Positions 1-12,989 of a stretch of DNA of 64,000 nt are shown piece by piece (positions within the stretch are counted from its first letter, which is position 1; the number at the start of each line of letters is the position of its first letter). The notes under the pieces were generated by a model. The model was not told the DNA's origin, made no database searches, and worked only from the letters and a program-made list of their open reading frames with translations. This DNA is from Octopus bimaculoides (Eukaryota): positions 99,519,333 to 99,583,332 of the forward strand of contig NC_068984.1 in the NCBI RefSeq assembly GCF_001194135.2. Reading direction: 5' to 3'. The position numbers were made by a program, and so were the translations under genes.

Positions 1-53
1 AAGGGCATATTGAATCACATAGTCATACATTACATTAAGTCTTTTAAAAACAC

Positions 54-287
54 GGAGGCACATGACTTAGAGGTTAGAGTAATGGACTCATGGTTGTAAA
101 ATTGTGGTTTTGATTCCTGGACCTGGCAATGCATCATGTTCTTAAACAAAACACTTCATTTCATGTTGCTCCAGTCCACTCAGCTGGTGAAAATGAGTTG
201 TACCTGTGACAGGGTGGCATCTTGGCATCATGGAAACCAGGTAAACAGCTCTATGAGCCTACAAGACTTAGCAAGAATTTCTTAAAA
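54..287 (+). mobile_element. tRNA-derived SINE, family A
   Basis: Head GGAGGCACATGACTTAGAGGTTAGAG...TTGATTCCTGG with A/B-box-like segments; 5' body shared with copies at 20857 and 61375. Confidence 0.7.
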
Positions 288-689
288 GCATTCGACTAAT
301 CACAACTGAAACACCTTTCAGCATAGATTGTTGTTTCTTATAACAGAAGTGGGTTGCTATGAGAATTGAAAAGGGGAGAGTCATCAAAGGTTGTTTTAAA
401 CTTTTCCAGTAGCATGGTGAAGAAAGAAGAATTATTTGGTGGTAAACTCTACTTTATCTTTTCATTAATAAAGGCAAAGTGGCCAGGGAACAGAAATTTC
501 ACTAATATATATTTTATGTATTTATTTTTGTGTTGGGTAGCATGTACCTGTCAGTTTGATAACCATTGTGATCATTCTACTCTATCAGGGTTGGTTGGAG
601 ATTAAACATTATCATCATCTTCATCATCACCATCGCCATCACATCATTATTATCAGCATCATCATCATCCCCATCATTATCATCCTCAT

Positions 690-795
690 CTTCAAAAACA
701 GACACTGGACCTTTTGGATTCTGTCAAACCATCCAACCCATGCCAGCATGGAACTTGGATGTTAAATGATGATGATGATGAAAATGATGATGATG
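690..795 (+). mobile_element. RTE LINE / RTE-tailed SINE 3' tail fragment
   Basis: CCAACCCATGCCAGCATGG...GTTAAATGATGATGAT, the same tail that ends the RT-bearing element at 34230-35873. Confidence 0.65.
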
Positions 796-1844
796 GATGA
801 CAAACTCCATCAACAACAACCACTACCATTAGCATTGATGCTGTCATCACTGTCAACTTTGTTTTGACGTCTGTTATTCCTTCATTGACACGGTGTGTGT
901 GTGTGTGTGTGCACATGTGCATACTAGTGGAAGATGTACAGTATATCACCAGACATCTCAATTCTTGACCTAATTTGTGAGACCAAACATTTTGAGGTTG
1001 ACTCTTCCTTTTCTCGTGTTTCTGTCAATCTGCTTGACTCTCTGTCTGTCTCTCTCTCTCTCTCTCTCTTACACACATGCACACACAAACACACACACAC
1101 ACTCTCCAGAGTCATCTACTGAAACAACCTCTAACAGGAGATGTCATCCATTCACTGATATAGCCACCTCTCCTAACTGCATTACCTTCAATGTCTTTAA
1201 AACCAAAACATATTCTCAAATGAAATGCAACCCTATATTGCTTGGTACTACACACACGTGACGCATCAAAGTTACTTATTTCTGCACAATCACTGTAAGG
1301 GAGAATTTTTGCTAACACAATGAGAAACTATAATGATTTTACATAATAAGCAAGTGTTATGTAGAATTTATGTCTACAACCAAAGATTGTTTTCATCTCA
1401 TTTCTCCCCTTAACCACCCTTCTATTTGACTGTTCCCTCTGCTTCCTTCCACCCCTTCCTTTTCTTTTCAGCTTTTAATAATTTCGTTAGATGAGGATAA
1501 ACAGCATTTACGACTTTTCTGAGTTTTCATGTGAACTGGGTGGAAGACCAGGTACCTTATCCAAAACAAAGTCGATGTAGCTAAAGGCATTGAAAGAACA
1601 AGTGGTGGTAGGTAGTGTTAAACTGGACAATGGATCATGTTCACCACACAAGAAAGATGCATTCCCTCCAACAATCTATTCTATTCTAGTTATAGAATTT
1701 CCCTCTCGCTGCTTTTGTTAACCTGTGGTTGTGGTAGAAACACTACAAAACCTTGTTTTAAAAACTAACTCTCAATCCAAATGATTATATCTTCTGATAT
1801 GTTTGCATCAATTGAATCCATGTTCTTCTGTTTTTGTTTTCTAG

Positions 1845-1987
1845 GCCTGGAGACAGGACTGGAGAGGATTTAGACTTAATTTACTGTCGTCTCAAAGAAA
1901 TCCAAGCATTTGATAAATTTCACCCAATGCTCTTACATCAGATCTGCATTGTTGGTTACTATGAGGACCTGGAGAAAGGTGTTACCT
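1845..1987 (+). CDS. RAPGEF4: Internal coding exon of Epac / Rap guanine nucleotide exchange factor 4-like gene (start of N-terminal cNMP-binding domain A)
   Basis: Polypyrimidine tract + AG (1843-1844), branch-point-like ACTAAC at 1764-1769 with no AG in between, donor GTAAGT at 1988. Translation (R)[47 protein letters not shown](L) closely matches the vertebrate Epac2 segment as I recall it ([49 protein letters not shown]). Starts phase 2, ends phase 1. Confidence 0.95.
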
Positions 1988-3234
1988 GTAAGTAATCATA
2001 CACTTTTTAATCATTTTTGTTTTATATGTTACTTGGATTCTTATTTCATATGTGAACGCCTAGCTTTATATAGGCTCTGTTGTTATTGGTCACAATACTT
2101 TTACAGATTCCCCCCATGTTTCACTGTCACCATCTAATTCCATTATTATGAATTTGAATTGAAAGTTTGAGTCATATTGAATCTTTCATTAGCTGATTAC
2201 ACAACCACGAACATTACCCCTATGGATGCATTACAGTTACTCTCTCAATAGAACTTAGTGATCCTGACTGTTGATCTTCTAGGATTCCTCCACTCAGACT
2301 CAATATAAGAAGCACCATTGGCTCAGGTGAGCTCTTCCACTACCTCTTCACAATCTACCATACTGCTGTTCCACAACTTCGCTGTAACTCTGGCAGGTTG
2401 GCTGAACAGGTGCTATGCCTTGCCAATGGGCAACCCATAACAATACAGGGTACAGTTGTCACTTCATGGGGTATTTTTAAAATATCCACATACCTGCATA
2501 TAAGCTCTGAAGGAACCAAAATTGATTGCAGTATGGTAAATTTTATGGGTTTTTTTATATAAAAACTTTGTTATTGAGGATTTGTCTGGCAGCACCAAAC
2601 TGTTGGCATTTTTTTTTTGTTTTTCTTTTTGTTTTTAGATCCTATGGCATCTGAATGCCTGGATTTATGCTGAAGTAAGAATTAATTACAGGATGGTAGC
2701 AATATATAAGCTTACTATTTTGTGTTAGTTGAGAGAAATCTCAAGAGTGTTAACTCTTGAGACATTATTAAAATGTTGAGATCTTTTTTTACTCTATATT
2801 CAATCTTGGAATACTTATCTTCATGCTGGGCCAAGGGAACAAGTGTTTATACAGAATAAATGTTTTCCATAAAAAATTTTCATGTAGTTAGAAGTCTTAT
2901 CAAAGCCCTAATTACATTAAAACATCTTATTTTGTTTACCCTATTTCATCTCTGAATATTTGGTTTATGCTGCAGCAAAGGAACCAGGGTTGACTAAAAG
3001 ATTCTAACAATATTTCAGACAACCATTGTCACAAAAAATGTCTAGTAGTTAAGGGTTTTTTAAACTGCTACCACACAACACATCAATACTGAAGAATAAC
3101 AACAAACCACGAATATGTATAACTAGCTACAGTATCGGTAGCTTCATCAACCACAAGCACTGAATCTGATAAACCATATGGTTGCAAAATGAGCAGCACG
3201 TGCTTCTACCTGTGTAAATTATTTATGGAAATTT

Positions 3235-4176
3235 CTTCTACTTTTACTAGTTTCAGTCACTCAACTGCAGCCATGCTAGGACACTGCTTTCAAGGGTTTT
3301 AGTCAAACAAATCAACTTCCATACTTTAAGCCTGGTTTAGTACTTCTTAGACTCTTATGCCACACCACTAAATAATGGGAAAGACATACACATAGATACA
3401 CACACACACACACACATCATCGACAATAGCTTAGCTGGCCAAAACTTTAAAGTCATTTGCAATACTTTTTTTATCATTGGACACTAAATTCTGCTTGCAA
3501 AGACCTGTTGAGGCAAGTGAAATCGAAATCGAACCAAATTCGATGACTGGCACCCATGCCAGTGGAGCACTAACAGCACTATCTGAGTGTGATCATTGCC
3601 AGAGCAGCTGTCTGGCTTCCGTGCCGGTAGCACGTAAAAAGCACCATATGAGCATGATTGTTACCAGTGTTGCCTTATTGGCACTTGTGCTGGTGGCATG
3701 TGAAAAAACATTCGAGCGAGGTCGTTGCCAGTGCTGCTGGACTGGCTCCTGTGCAGGTGGCACGTAAAATACACCATTTGAGTGTGGCCATTGCCAGTAC
3801 CGCCTGACTGGCCCTCGTGCCAGTGGCATGTAAAAGCACCCACTACACTCTCGGAGTAGTTGGTGTTAGGAAGGGCATCCAGTTGTAGAAACTCTTGCAG
3901 ATCAGATTGGAGCCTGGTGCAGCCATCTGGTTTGCCAGTCCTCAGTCAAATCGTCTAACCCATGCTAGCATAGAAAGTGGACGTTAAACGATGATGATGA
4001 TGATGATGTATATATATATATATACACAATGGTCTTCTTTCAGTTTATGTCTACTAAATTTGCTCACAAGGCTTTGGCTGGCCCAAGGCTACAGTAGATG
4101 ACATTTGCCCAAGGTTCTATGCAGAGGGACTGAACCCAGAACCATGTAGTAGGCAAGAAACGTCTTACCACACACT
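3235..4176 (-). mobile_element. SINE family B split in two (tail half ~3235-3417, head half ~4009-4176) by an RTE 3' fragment
   Basis: Both halves match the reverse complement of the full-length family B copy at 51602-51989. Confidence 0.6.
3480..4008 (+). mobile_element. RTE LINE 3' UTR fragment with ~64-66 bp tandem units and (GAT)n tail
   Basis: About 4 units containing GGCACGTAAAAGCACC-like motif (3558-3840); reverse complement of the 3' UTR attached to the RT ORF at 34230-34700. Confidence 0.8.
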
Positions 4177-4626
4177 GACAATTCAAAAAAAAATTTTGCT
4201 TTTACCCATTTTAGACAGAGAATAAAAGAAAACACCCATGATTCTTATTTTTTTTTTTTTTAACCTCTAAAATTGGTGGGATGAAGGGAGAAATATAACC
4301 TCAAACCTGTGATCTGGTGGGAATTATTGTATCAGAATGAGCTCTACTCAAGAACCAAAACCCCAAGAGGAGGTGCTAGACTGAGTTACAGAATAAATCA
4401 AAGCCAAGAACACTGAATATAAAAGAGTGGAACAAATACCACAAAGTCTGTCATCCATTCTAACAATTCTTTACACTAGACTGTTATATTTTTCATTAAC
4501 CCAGAAAAGATGAAAGACAAATTTGACTCCAACAGGACTAAGAACCCAGAGCAATGAGTATCATATCATATACCATAAAGCATTTTTACCTGTATTCTAA
4601 TGAGTCTGCCAATTCACTGTTTAAAT

Positions 4627-4979
4627 CAGTGGTTCTCAAACGGGGTCTGTATAAGATTTTGTTGTTAAAATTTATGTGCAATAAACTCTTTATGTTTCTA
4701 CAATACAACAAATGTTTAAACATATTTTTAATATAATTTCTAATAATATTAATCATAAAATATAATAGTAGCTTTTAGTCATTGAATGGCTATGAAGGTA
4801 CACAGATATAAGTACATGGTATTCAGTCCAACAAATTGCCCCGAGTATTTATTTTTTTGTTTTTAAGTTTGCTACTTATACAGTGTGTCTGTTTTGCTGA
4901 ACTGCTAAGCTATGTGGATGTAAACATACCAACACTAACCAAAGGGGGTCCGTAGGCAAAAAATGGTTGAGAATCACTT
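4627..4979. mobile_element. hAT-type MITE with nested SINE B fragment (~4797-4940, minus)
   Basis: Termini CAGTGGTTCTCAAAC / GTTGAGAATCACTT; exact 8-bp TSD GTTTAAAT at 4619-4626 and 4980-4987. Confidence 0.8.
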
Positions 4980-5869
4980 GTTTAAATTATTGCTTCATGA
5001 AGACAAAAGACTACAAAAGAGATCAATTAGAAATTAGCTTCACCAAAATAATACCTAACAACATTTAGTTTGATCTTTCTATGTCCTTGGTTCGACTTCT
5101 TTAGCAGGTACCATTTAACTTTCATCTCTTCAGGGTTTATTAGAATAAGTAGCAGGTCTATTTAACATTTAATTGACTATACACAGTCATTCACTCACCC
5201 ATCCACACATACACAAAAGTAGAAACAATTTATTTTGTACAAACAATTACTGAATTTCATAGTTGAAGTGTTTTACATAAATACACTTCACTCTGTATAT
5301 TTTTTTCCCTTTAGTTTCCATTGTAGACGAAAATATGGTTTTGTTTTTGCTTATGATTTATTGATAAATCGTTGTTGTTGTTGCTGCTACTGCTGTCTTT
5401 GTTGTTGTTGCTGTTTTGATATTGATGTTGCTTTCATCACCATTGTTGTTATTACTGTTGTTGTTGTGTCTCTATTATTGTTGTTTCCATTCTCGTTGTT
5501 GTTGCTATTTCTGACTTAGTTGCTGTTGTTGTTTCTACATTTTCTATTGTTGATATTGTTGTCAATGGCTTCAACAGTGATAATTATAAAATGGGAAGCA
5601 ACAGGTCATGATATTTTGATACACTAACAGTTATCGATATTCTTCAACTGATCAATATTTCGAAATGGTATTTCCATTTTATTTATTTCTATATGTATAT
5701 TTATATATTTTTTGTGTATTATCAGTAAAAGTCTTGAGGAGGATGTTTTTGATATTTATCACACAAAGAATATTTTGTTTTTGTCAGTTAGCACATGCAC
5801 AGAGACACGCATACACTCACATGCACATATATACACACACATACATATATACCTACACATATATAAATA

Positions 5870-5915
<46 letters not shown>

Positions 5916-6547
5916 CAGAGAGTGAGAGAGATAGTAAGGTAGATAAGTGCAGGTGAGCTTGAGATGTATATTTACATGGATCTAAAAAAAATACAGATTG
6001 CAGAATAAAGAACAAAGATAACAAAAGAACAGAAGAATTATGTAAAGTCTTATCTTGACAGCTGTTTCCAAGATGGCCATAACTTATGTAATAAGCATAT
6101 TCACATCAGTATGTGTGTGATGTCATAAGTGAATGTCCTGCAAATCCCAATGGAATTGCTAAATAAATTAGGTGGAAAACATACATTTTCTAGCAATGTT
6201 TATGTATATAATGGATTAAAGAGAGCAGAGTGGGATAGGGAAGAAGGATGGGAGGAAGTAGTGGGAACAGTTAAATAGAAAGGGTGGTTAAGGGGAGACA
6301 AGATATGAATATAATCTTTGCTTGTAGATATAAATTCTGCAGAACATTTGCTCATTATGTAAAATCATTTTAATTTTTCATTGTCTTATCTAAAATTTTC
6401 TCACTTTCACTATCATCTTTTTTGCTAACCTCATTCCCTAATCTCAGTGCTTATTTTCCTACACTCCTCATTTCCCCACCTGTCTTGTTCTTAACTGGTT
6501 TATCTTTTCTGTGGATTACTACTTTGGTTCCCCGCTAATTTTGCATT

Positions 6548-6747
6548 AAGGCAGTGAGCTGGCAGAAATGTTAGCATGCCAGGTGAAATGCTTAACAGTA
6601 TTTCATCTGTCTTTACATTTTGAGTTCAAATTCTGCCTTTCATCCTTTCGGAGTTGATAAATTAAGTACCACTTACATATTGGGTCGATCTAATCGACTG
6701 GCCCCCTCACCAAAAATTCCGGGCCTTATGCCTAGAGTAGAAAAGAA
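6548..6747 (+). mobile_element. tRNA-derived SINE, family C
   Basis: AAGGCAGTGAGCTGGCAGAA head and central GCCTTTCATCCTTTCGG..TTGATAAATTAAGTACC block; further copies listed separately. Confidence 0.8.
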
Positions 6748-6989
6748 AAGAACAATATGTCTTTGGCCAGGACTGGGCAGCCAGAGATAATATGATTTAT
6801 TGTTTCTTGTCCATTGCCACTTATTCTGCACTTACTTGTTATGTTTCTTTTCATTATATGTTTTTGGTAATTTCTGGTGGGGAGGCTTTGGTCTTGTGCA
6901 GCAATTAAAAATCCTTCAGTCTCTGCTTTGAGTCCTGAGCTTCTTAACCATTGCTGGGATTTTTCTCTGTCTATTTCTTTTGCATTTAG

Positions 6990-7046
<57 letters not shown>

Positions 7047-7047
<1 letters not shown>

Positions 7048-8210
7048 GAAAACTCAGAGCTTATTTTGCTGGGTTATGATGGAAAGTGTCAGCTGTCCAC
7101 AGCCAGCAGACTAAGATGACATTTGTTTACTGGTCATGCTTCAAGAACATTGTAAAGAATTCTTGCAGTTCCAAGCAATGCTGATTTTTGTAGGTGTTCT
7201 ACCTTCACACTTGCACCAATATTTTTCAGCCATGTCGGTTGTGGAGTGCTGGTACTTCCAAGTGCACCAATTACTACTGGCATCATGTCTACTCTCTTCA
7301 TTGACCAACCTTCATATTTCCCACTTCAAATCGTCATAGTTTAGTTTTTTTTTCTTCTTTCACATTGATCCTGTTGTCACCAGGGCATGCTATGTCGATT
7401 ATCATACATGTTCTTTGTTTTTTATTTACCACAACAATGTCTAGTTTCTAATGTTTGGTCAGGTGATCGTACTGAATCATTGCATCCCACAGGATTTTGC
7501 AATTCTCATTTTTGGTGACTCCTTCTGGAGTTTGCTCATACCAAGTCTTTGCTCTTTTTAGGCCATGATTTCCACAGAGCTCCCAATGGATCATACTAGC
7601 TACATTGTCATGTCTTTTGTATGCACATTGTGCCAATTTCAGGCATTTGCTAACGATGTGCCATAACGTTTCACCCCTCTCACCACACATTCTGCATTTG
7701 CCACTATCAGTAGTGTTGTCTATTCTGCACTTCATAGAGTTGGTCCATAACGTTTGTTCCTGAGCTGTGCATATGAGTGCTTCTGTCTCTATCTTCAGGT
7801 CACTCCTCCTCATCCATAGCCACTGGTCCTCTGTATTTGTCTTGGGGTTCAGACCTCTTGAAAACTGACCATGCATTTTCTTTTCCTTCCATGCTTCTTC
7901 TTTTTTTTTTTGTTTATTTCTTGTTTAAATTTTTCTTTAGTTACACAATTTTCAGTGTTGATGACATCAGCCTTCTTCGTGTGTTTCAACAGTGGGTCCA
8001 CAGCATTTTTCATATACCACCTGTTTTCCTCTGCTTTGATACAGTCTTGGCAACTGATTAAACCTTTCTCACCCTTTCTTCTGGACAAGTAGAGCCTATC
8101 AGTGTTACTCTTAGGGTGGAAGGCCAAATGTACTGTCAACATATTTCTGGTCTTGGTATCCATTTTCTTCATTTCTCTCTTTTACCATTTTATACTAGTT
8201 TTTATTATCA
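7047..8210 (-). mobile_element. 5'-truncated restriction-like-endonuclease (R4/Dong-type) non-LTR retrotransposon
   Basis: RT thumb (FHPKSNTDRLYLSRRKGEKGL), CCHC knuckle CRMCGERGETLWHIVSKC, KRHD and ILWD motifs; frameshifted; (TAA)n in element sense at both ends. Confidence 0.9.
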
Positions 8211-8585
8211 TTATTATTATTATGTCAGAGATAATCTCTCTCTCTCTCTCTCTCTCTNNNNNNNNNNNNNNNNNNNNNNNNNNNNNNNNNNNNNNNNNNN
8301 NNNNNNNNNNNNNNNNNNNNNNNNNNNNNNNNNNNNNNNNNNNNNNNNNNNNNNNNNNNNNNNNNNNNNNNNNNNNNNNNNNNNNNNNNNNNNNNNNNNN
8401 NNNNNNNNNNNNNNNNNNNNNNNNNNNNNNNNNNNNNNNNNNNNNNNNNNNNNNNNNNNNNNNNNNNNNNNNNNNNNNNNNNNNNNNNNNNNNNNNNNNN
8501 NNNNNNNNNNNNNNNNNNNNNNNNNNNNNNNNNNNNNNNNNNNNNNNNNNNNNNNNNNNNNNNNNNNNNNNNNNNNNNNNNNNNN

Positions 8586-8628
<43 letters not shown>

Positions 8629-8638
8629 TATCATTATT

Positions 8639-8853
8639 AAGGCGGTGAACTGGCAGAATCATTAGCATGCTGGGCAAAATGCTTAGCATCATTTCGTCCG
8701 CCTTTACATTCTGAGTTCCAATTCCACTGGGATCAACTTTGCCTTTCATCCTTTTGGGGTCGATAAATTAAGTACCAGTGGAAATACTAGGGTTGATGTA
8801 ATCGATTAGTCCCCTCCCCACAAATTTCAGGCCTTGTGCTATTAGCAGAAAGG
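8639..8853 (+). mobile_element. SINE family C
   Basis: AAGGCGGTGAACTGGCAGAATC head, same central block as 6548 copy. Confidence 0.8.
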
Positions 8854-9120
8854 GTTATTATTATTATCATCATTATCGTTATTATTATTTCACTTAATAA
8901 GAGCAATACTAATAACCTGGTGTTTAACACTATACATGAGTTTCAGGAAAAAGTCATGAGTCAAATACAGAGCAGTATTAAGAATTTCAATAAATGATGA
9001 AAGAATAAGAAATTATGTAATGAACTTCTGCTATAAGTTGAGTGCTTGTGTGTCACTGTATAGCTTCACCAGAGCTTCAAGCATGAAGTGCAATTTTATT
9101 TGGGAAAGCATTTAGATATA

Positions 9121-10653
9121 CAGTTGTCCTCAAAATTATTCATACCCCATGGAAACTATTCTTTTTTAGATTCTAAATTTGTAAAAGCTGTTATGTTGGT
9201 ACTTCCTGAGTACCTTTTGTCTACTTGTTGCTATGCACAAATCCACATATGAGTTCGCTAAATTCATTTACATAATAATAGATATGGCTTAAAGTTCTTT
9301 TTTGCACATGTTCAGAATTATTCACACCCCTGTTTTCACTTCTTGTGAATATGCTAATCTTTGTCCTATAGTTATTTCCAGAAGAGTATAAATAGATTAT
9401 AAATAGAGGAAAAGTGTTCTGGTCATTCCCAGTTTCTGATCATCATGACCTAGAAGAAGGAGCTCAGTGAGGGCCTATGCCAACGTCTTGTGCTTGCCCA
9501 CAGTGAAGGAAAGGATTACAAGGCCATTTCAAAGCAGTATGATGTCCCTGTGGCAACTGTTCAGAACATAATCAACAAGCACAAGAGGTTTGACACTGTT
9601 AAAAACCTCAGTGGGCATGGCAGGAAGCATAACGTGTCTCCCAAACTTGCCAGGAAAATCTGCCAAGTGGTCAACAACAACCCCTGGACCACAACCAAGG
9701 CCCTAACTGAAATGCTTGACCAGGCAGGGATGAAGGTATCATGGTCCACCATTGAGCAAGTCTTGCACAAAGGTGTTCTCCATGGGCGTAGGCCTCAGAA
9801 GACGCCACTGTTCAAGAAGAAACATCTGGAGGCTTGCCTGGCCTTTGCTAGAGGTCGTCTGAAGCAAGATCCCAGATTTTGGTCAACAATCCTGTGGTCT
9901 GATGAGATAAAGTTGGATTTATTTGGCCATATGGATGCTGAATGCATCTGGAAAAAGAAAAGATAAGCATACAAGCCGAAGAACACTGTGCTCACCATCA
10001 AGCATGGCGATGGAAACAATGTTAAATGGATGCTTCTCTTCCAGTAGCACAAGGAACCTTGTCAAGGTCCAAGGAATCATGAGAAAAGAGGATTACATCA
10101 GGATCCTTGATGAAAACATAAAGGAATCTGCTGGGAAACTCCAATTCAGTCACAAGTGGAAGTACCAGCAGGAAAATGATCGATACCATCAAGGTAGTGA
10201 AGAAATGGTTCAAGCACAATGGTGTCAATTTTCTAGAATGGCCAAGTCAGAGTCCAGACCTGAATCCAGTCAATAACTTGTGGCAGGACTTGAAGACCAG
10301 AGTGATAGCCAAGGAAGAATGGGACAACATCCTACAAAGGACATGCAGGAACCTTGTGGACATGTACAAGGATCATCTAGAAGCAGTCATAAAAACACAA
10401 TGGCTATGCTATTGACTATCAAAGAAAGATATTGAACTCAGTAAACCTAGGGTATGAATAATGTTGAACATGGTATTTTTTGAAAATCCATTAATAAAAT
10501 ACCCCTGAAATGAAGAATTTCTTGAATTGTGTATTGTTGTTATTCTTTCACATGTTGGTCACATAAACAAACTTGACAAAATGCATTCATTTAATCACAA
10601 AAATAAGAAATCACAAAAATTAGCAAGGGTATGAATAATTTTGAGGATGACAG
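9121..10653 (+). mobile_element. Full-length IR/DR Tc1 transposon (1533 bp), transposase disrupted
   Basis: TA at 9119-9120 and 10654-10655; ~205-bp IRs with outer and inner direct repeats (AATTATTCATACCC / AATTATTCACACCC); transposase ~9445-10415 with HTH, GR(P)R-like, WSDE, TIKHG, QQEND and WPSQSPDLNP motifs, early stop and frameshifts. Confidence 0.95.
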
Positions 10654-10662
10654 TATATATAA

Positions 10663-10735
<73 letters not shown>

Positions 10736-10741
<6 letters not shown>

Positions 10742-11316
10742 ACATGGGCGATTCTTTCTTGTCTTGGGATTCACGGTCAAACGGCTGGGTGGAATTGTGC
10801 GAAAAATTACACAGATGTGTAGAATGATCCTATGGTGATGCTGGGCTTTGTATTTTTTCATAGCTCGCATGGTTACTGAGATAATCTGCTATAATAATAC
10901 TCTTGTGTTTATGAATGAGAAAGGAAGGAGTGATAGATGAATAAGGAAGGAAGGGGGGTGAGTGTTCCAACTCTGTGTGAATATATGTGTATGTATGTAA
11001 AAGGAGGGTATGTGAATGTGTGTGTGTATGTGTGCATGCGTGTTTTTGTGTGTTTGTGTGTGTGTGTATGTGTGTGTGTGTATGTGTGTGTGTGTATGTG
11101 TGTGCATGCACACAATGGAAGTGGGATGGTTTATTTTTTGATTTGACTGAATTTTGGTTGTTTTTTTTTTTTGGTCAGTTAATTTTAGTGTTTTGACATT
11201 AAAAAGTCATTCTAAAACTGTTTTTTAACGTAAGCGTGCCCAAAGAAGTTGATTGCTTACACAGAGCAGGTTTTACAGCCACATCATCCAAACTGACTGG
11301 GTGAAACTGGGCTTAG
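10736..11316 (+). mobile_element. Possible non-autonomous Helitron-like element
   Basis: Follows a (TA)n tract, locally CpG-richer, internal (TG)n, ends ACTGGGTGAAACTGGGCTTAG next to a gap; no coding evidence. Confidence 0.3.
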
Positions 11317-12045
11317 NNNNNNNNNNNNNNNNNNNNNNNNNNNNNNNNNNNNNNNNNNNNNNNNNNNNNNNNNNNNNNNNNNNNNNNNNNNNNNNNNNNN
11401 NNNNNNNNNNNNNNNNNNNNNNNNNNNNNNNNNNNNNNNNNNNNNNNNNNNNNNNNNNNNNNNNNNNNNNNNNNNNNNNNNNNNNNNNNNNNNNNNNNNN
11501 NNNNNNNNNNNNNNNNNNNNNNNNNNNNNNNNNNNNNNNNNNNNNNNNNNNNNNNNNNNNNNNNNNNNNNNNNNNNNNNNNNNNNNNNNNNNNNNNNNNN
11601 NNNNNNNNNNNNNNNNNNNNNNNNNNNNNNNNNNNNNNNNNNNNNNNNNNNNNNNNNNNNNNNNNNNNNNNNNNNNNNNNNNNNNNNNNNNNNNNNNNNN
11701 NNNNNNNNNNNNNNNNNNNNNNNNNNNNNNNNNNNNNNNNNNNNNNNNNNNNNNNNNNNNNNNNNNNNNNNNNNNNNNNNNNNNNNNNNNNNNNNNNNNN
11801 NNNNNNNNNNNNNNNNNNNNNNNNNNNNNNNNNNNNNNNNNNNNNNNNNNNNNNNNNNNNNNNNNNNNNNNNNNNNNNNNNNNNNNNNNNNNNNNNNNNN
11901 NNNNNNNNNNNNNNNNNNNNNNNNNNNNNNNNNNNNNNNNNNNNNNNNNNNNNNNNNNNNNNNNNNNNNNNNNNNNNNNNNNNNNNNNNNNNNNNNNNNN
12001 NNNNNNNNNNNNNNNNNNNNNNNNNNNNNNNNNNNNNNNNNNNNN

Positions 12046-12086
<41 letters not shown>

Positions 12087-12989
12087 CATGCATGCACACA
12101 CACACCACACACACATATGCATAAATACACATACACACATATATATATATGCACACACATATATACACATACATACTCACATAAACACACAGCCTTAAAC
12201 CAAAATGATATATTATAAAGTAGGCTATATATATGAGAGGTATACATGAAAACAAAGACGAACAGCAGGCAGGAGATCATACACCAGATTATCAAATATT
12301 TCACGATTCATCGAATGATAGAGTTTGCAAACAAATATAATGAGAATGCATAATTGGGAGGGCGATGGTCCATGACATAATATGACATATCACTCAAATG
12401 ATATTTAAATATTTAATAATATTTAAATGAGATGAGTATACTTAATTATGTTATAGAATGAGGCTAATAAGTAGCCAAAAAGTTAAGAGATAAATAGTAT
12501 TATTCATAGCCTATTTGGCACTTGGTTTAAAGTTTGAAAATGTGTTTCTAATATAATGCAAGCATTACCTGAACTTTTAAGTATTTCCCATAAATTAGTG
12601 CAGGAAAGGGTATACCTGTACCTATCATTTGAATAAGGTAATGCATATTTCATTATGTTCCAGGTAATTTAAAATCCCAATTTTTGGCTTTTAGTATTTA
12701 AATATTTTTCTGCTTATTGAAGGTATAAAGCTGTATATTATGATTATTGAAGGTATAAGAATGATTATATAACCTCTGCTTGAATTTGCAAGAAATAGAA
12801 CTGATGCAAGTAGAAGTGTTTAGGACCACAGAGAGTGATAACTATTGTTAGATCTGATAGAATCACCCTAATTATCTGAGGTCATGTAAGAGACAGTGAG
12901 GATTATCACTACCAGCAACAGCACTACTATTGCAATGGTGGGAGTTAAAACAATTACCATGATCATTAATAGCTACGTAATCTTCATTT

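Noticed and set aside
54-130. tRNA-like sequences at SINE heads (also 16668, 20857, 51602 and others)
   Set aside because: No complete cloverleaf; they continue into SINE bodies, so not tRNA genes
3558-3840. Regularly spaced repeats resembling a CRISPR array (also 34390-34600, 44841-45000)
   Set aside because: Whole units are homologous with no unique spacers, eukaryotic context, and they belong to the RTE 3' UTR
9898-9906. CTGATGA motifs here and near 52843
   Set aside because: They encode the SDE catalytic motif of Tc1 transposases; no ribozyme stems
12403-12428. AT-only palindrome ATTTAAATATT-TAAT-AATATTTAAAT
   Set aside because: Expected by chance in very AT-rich sequence
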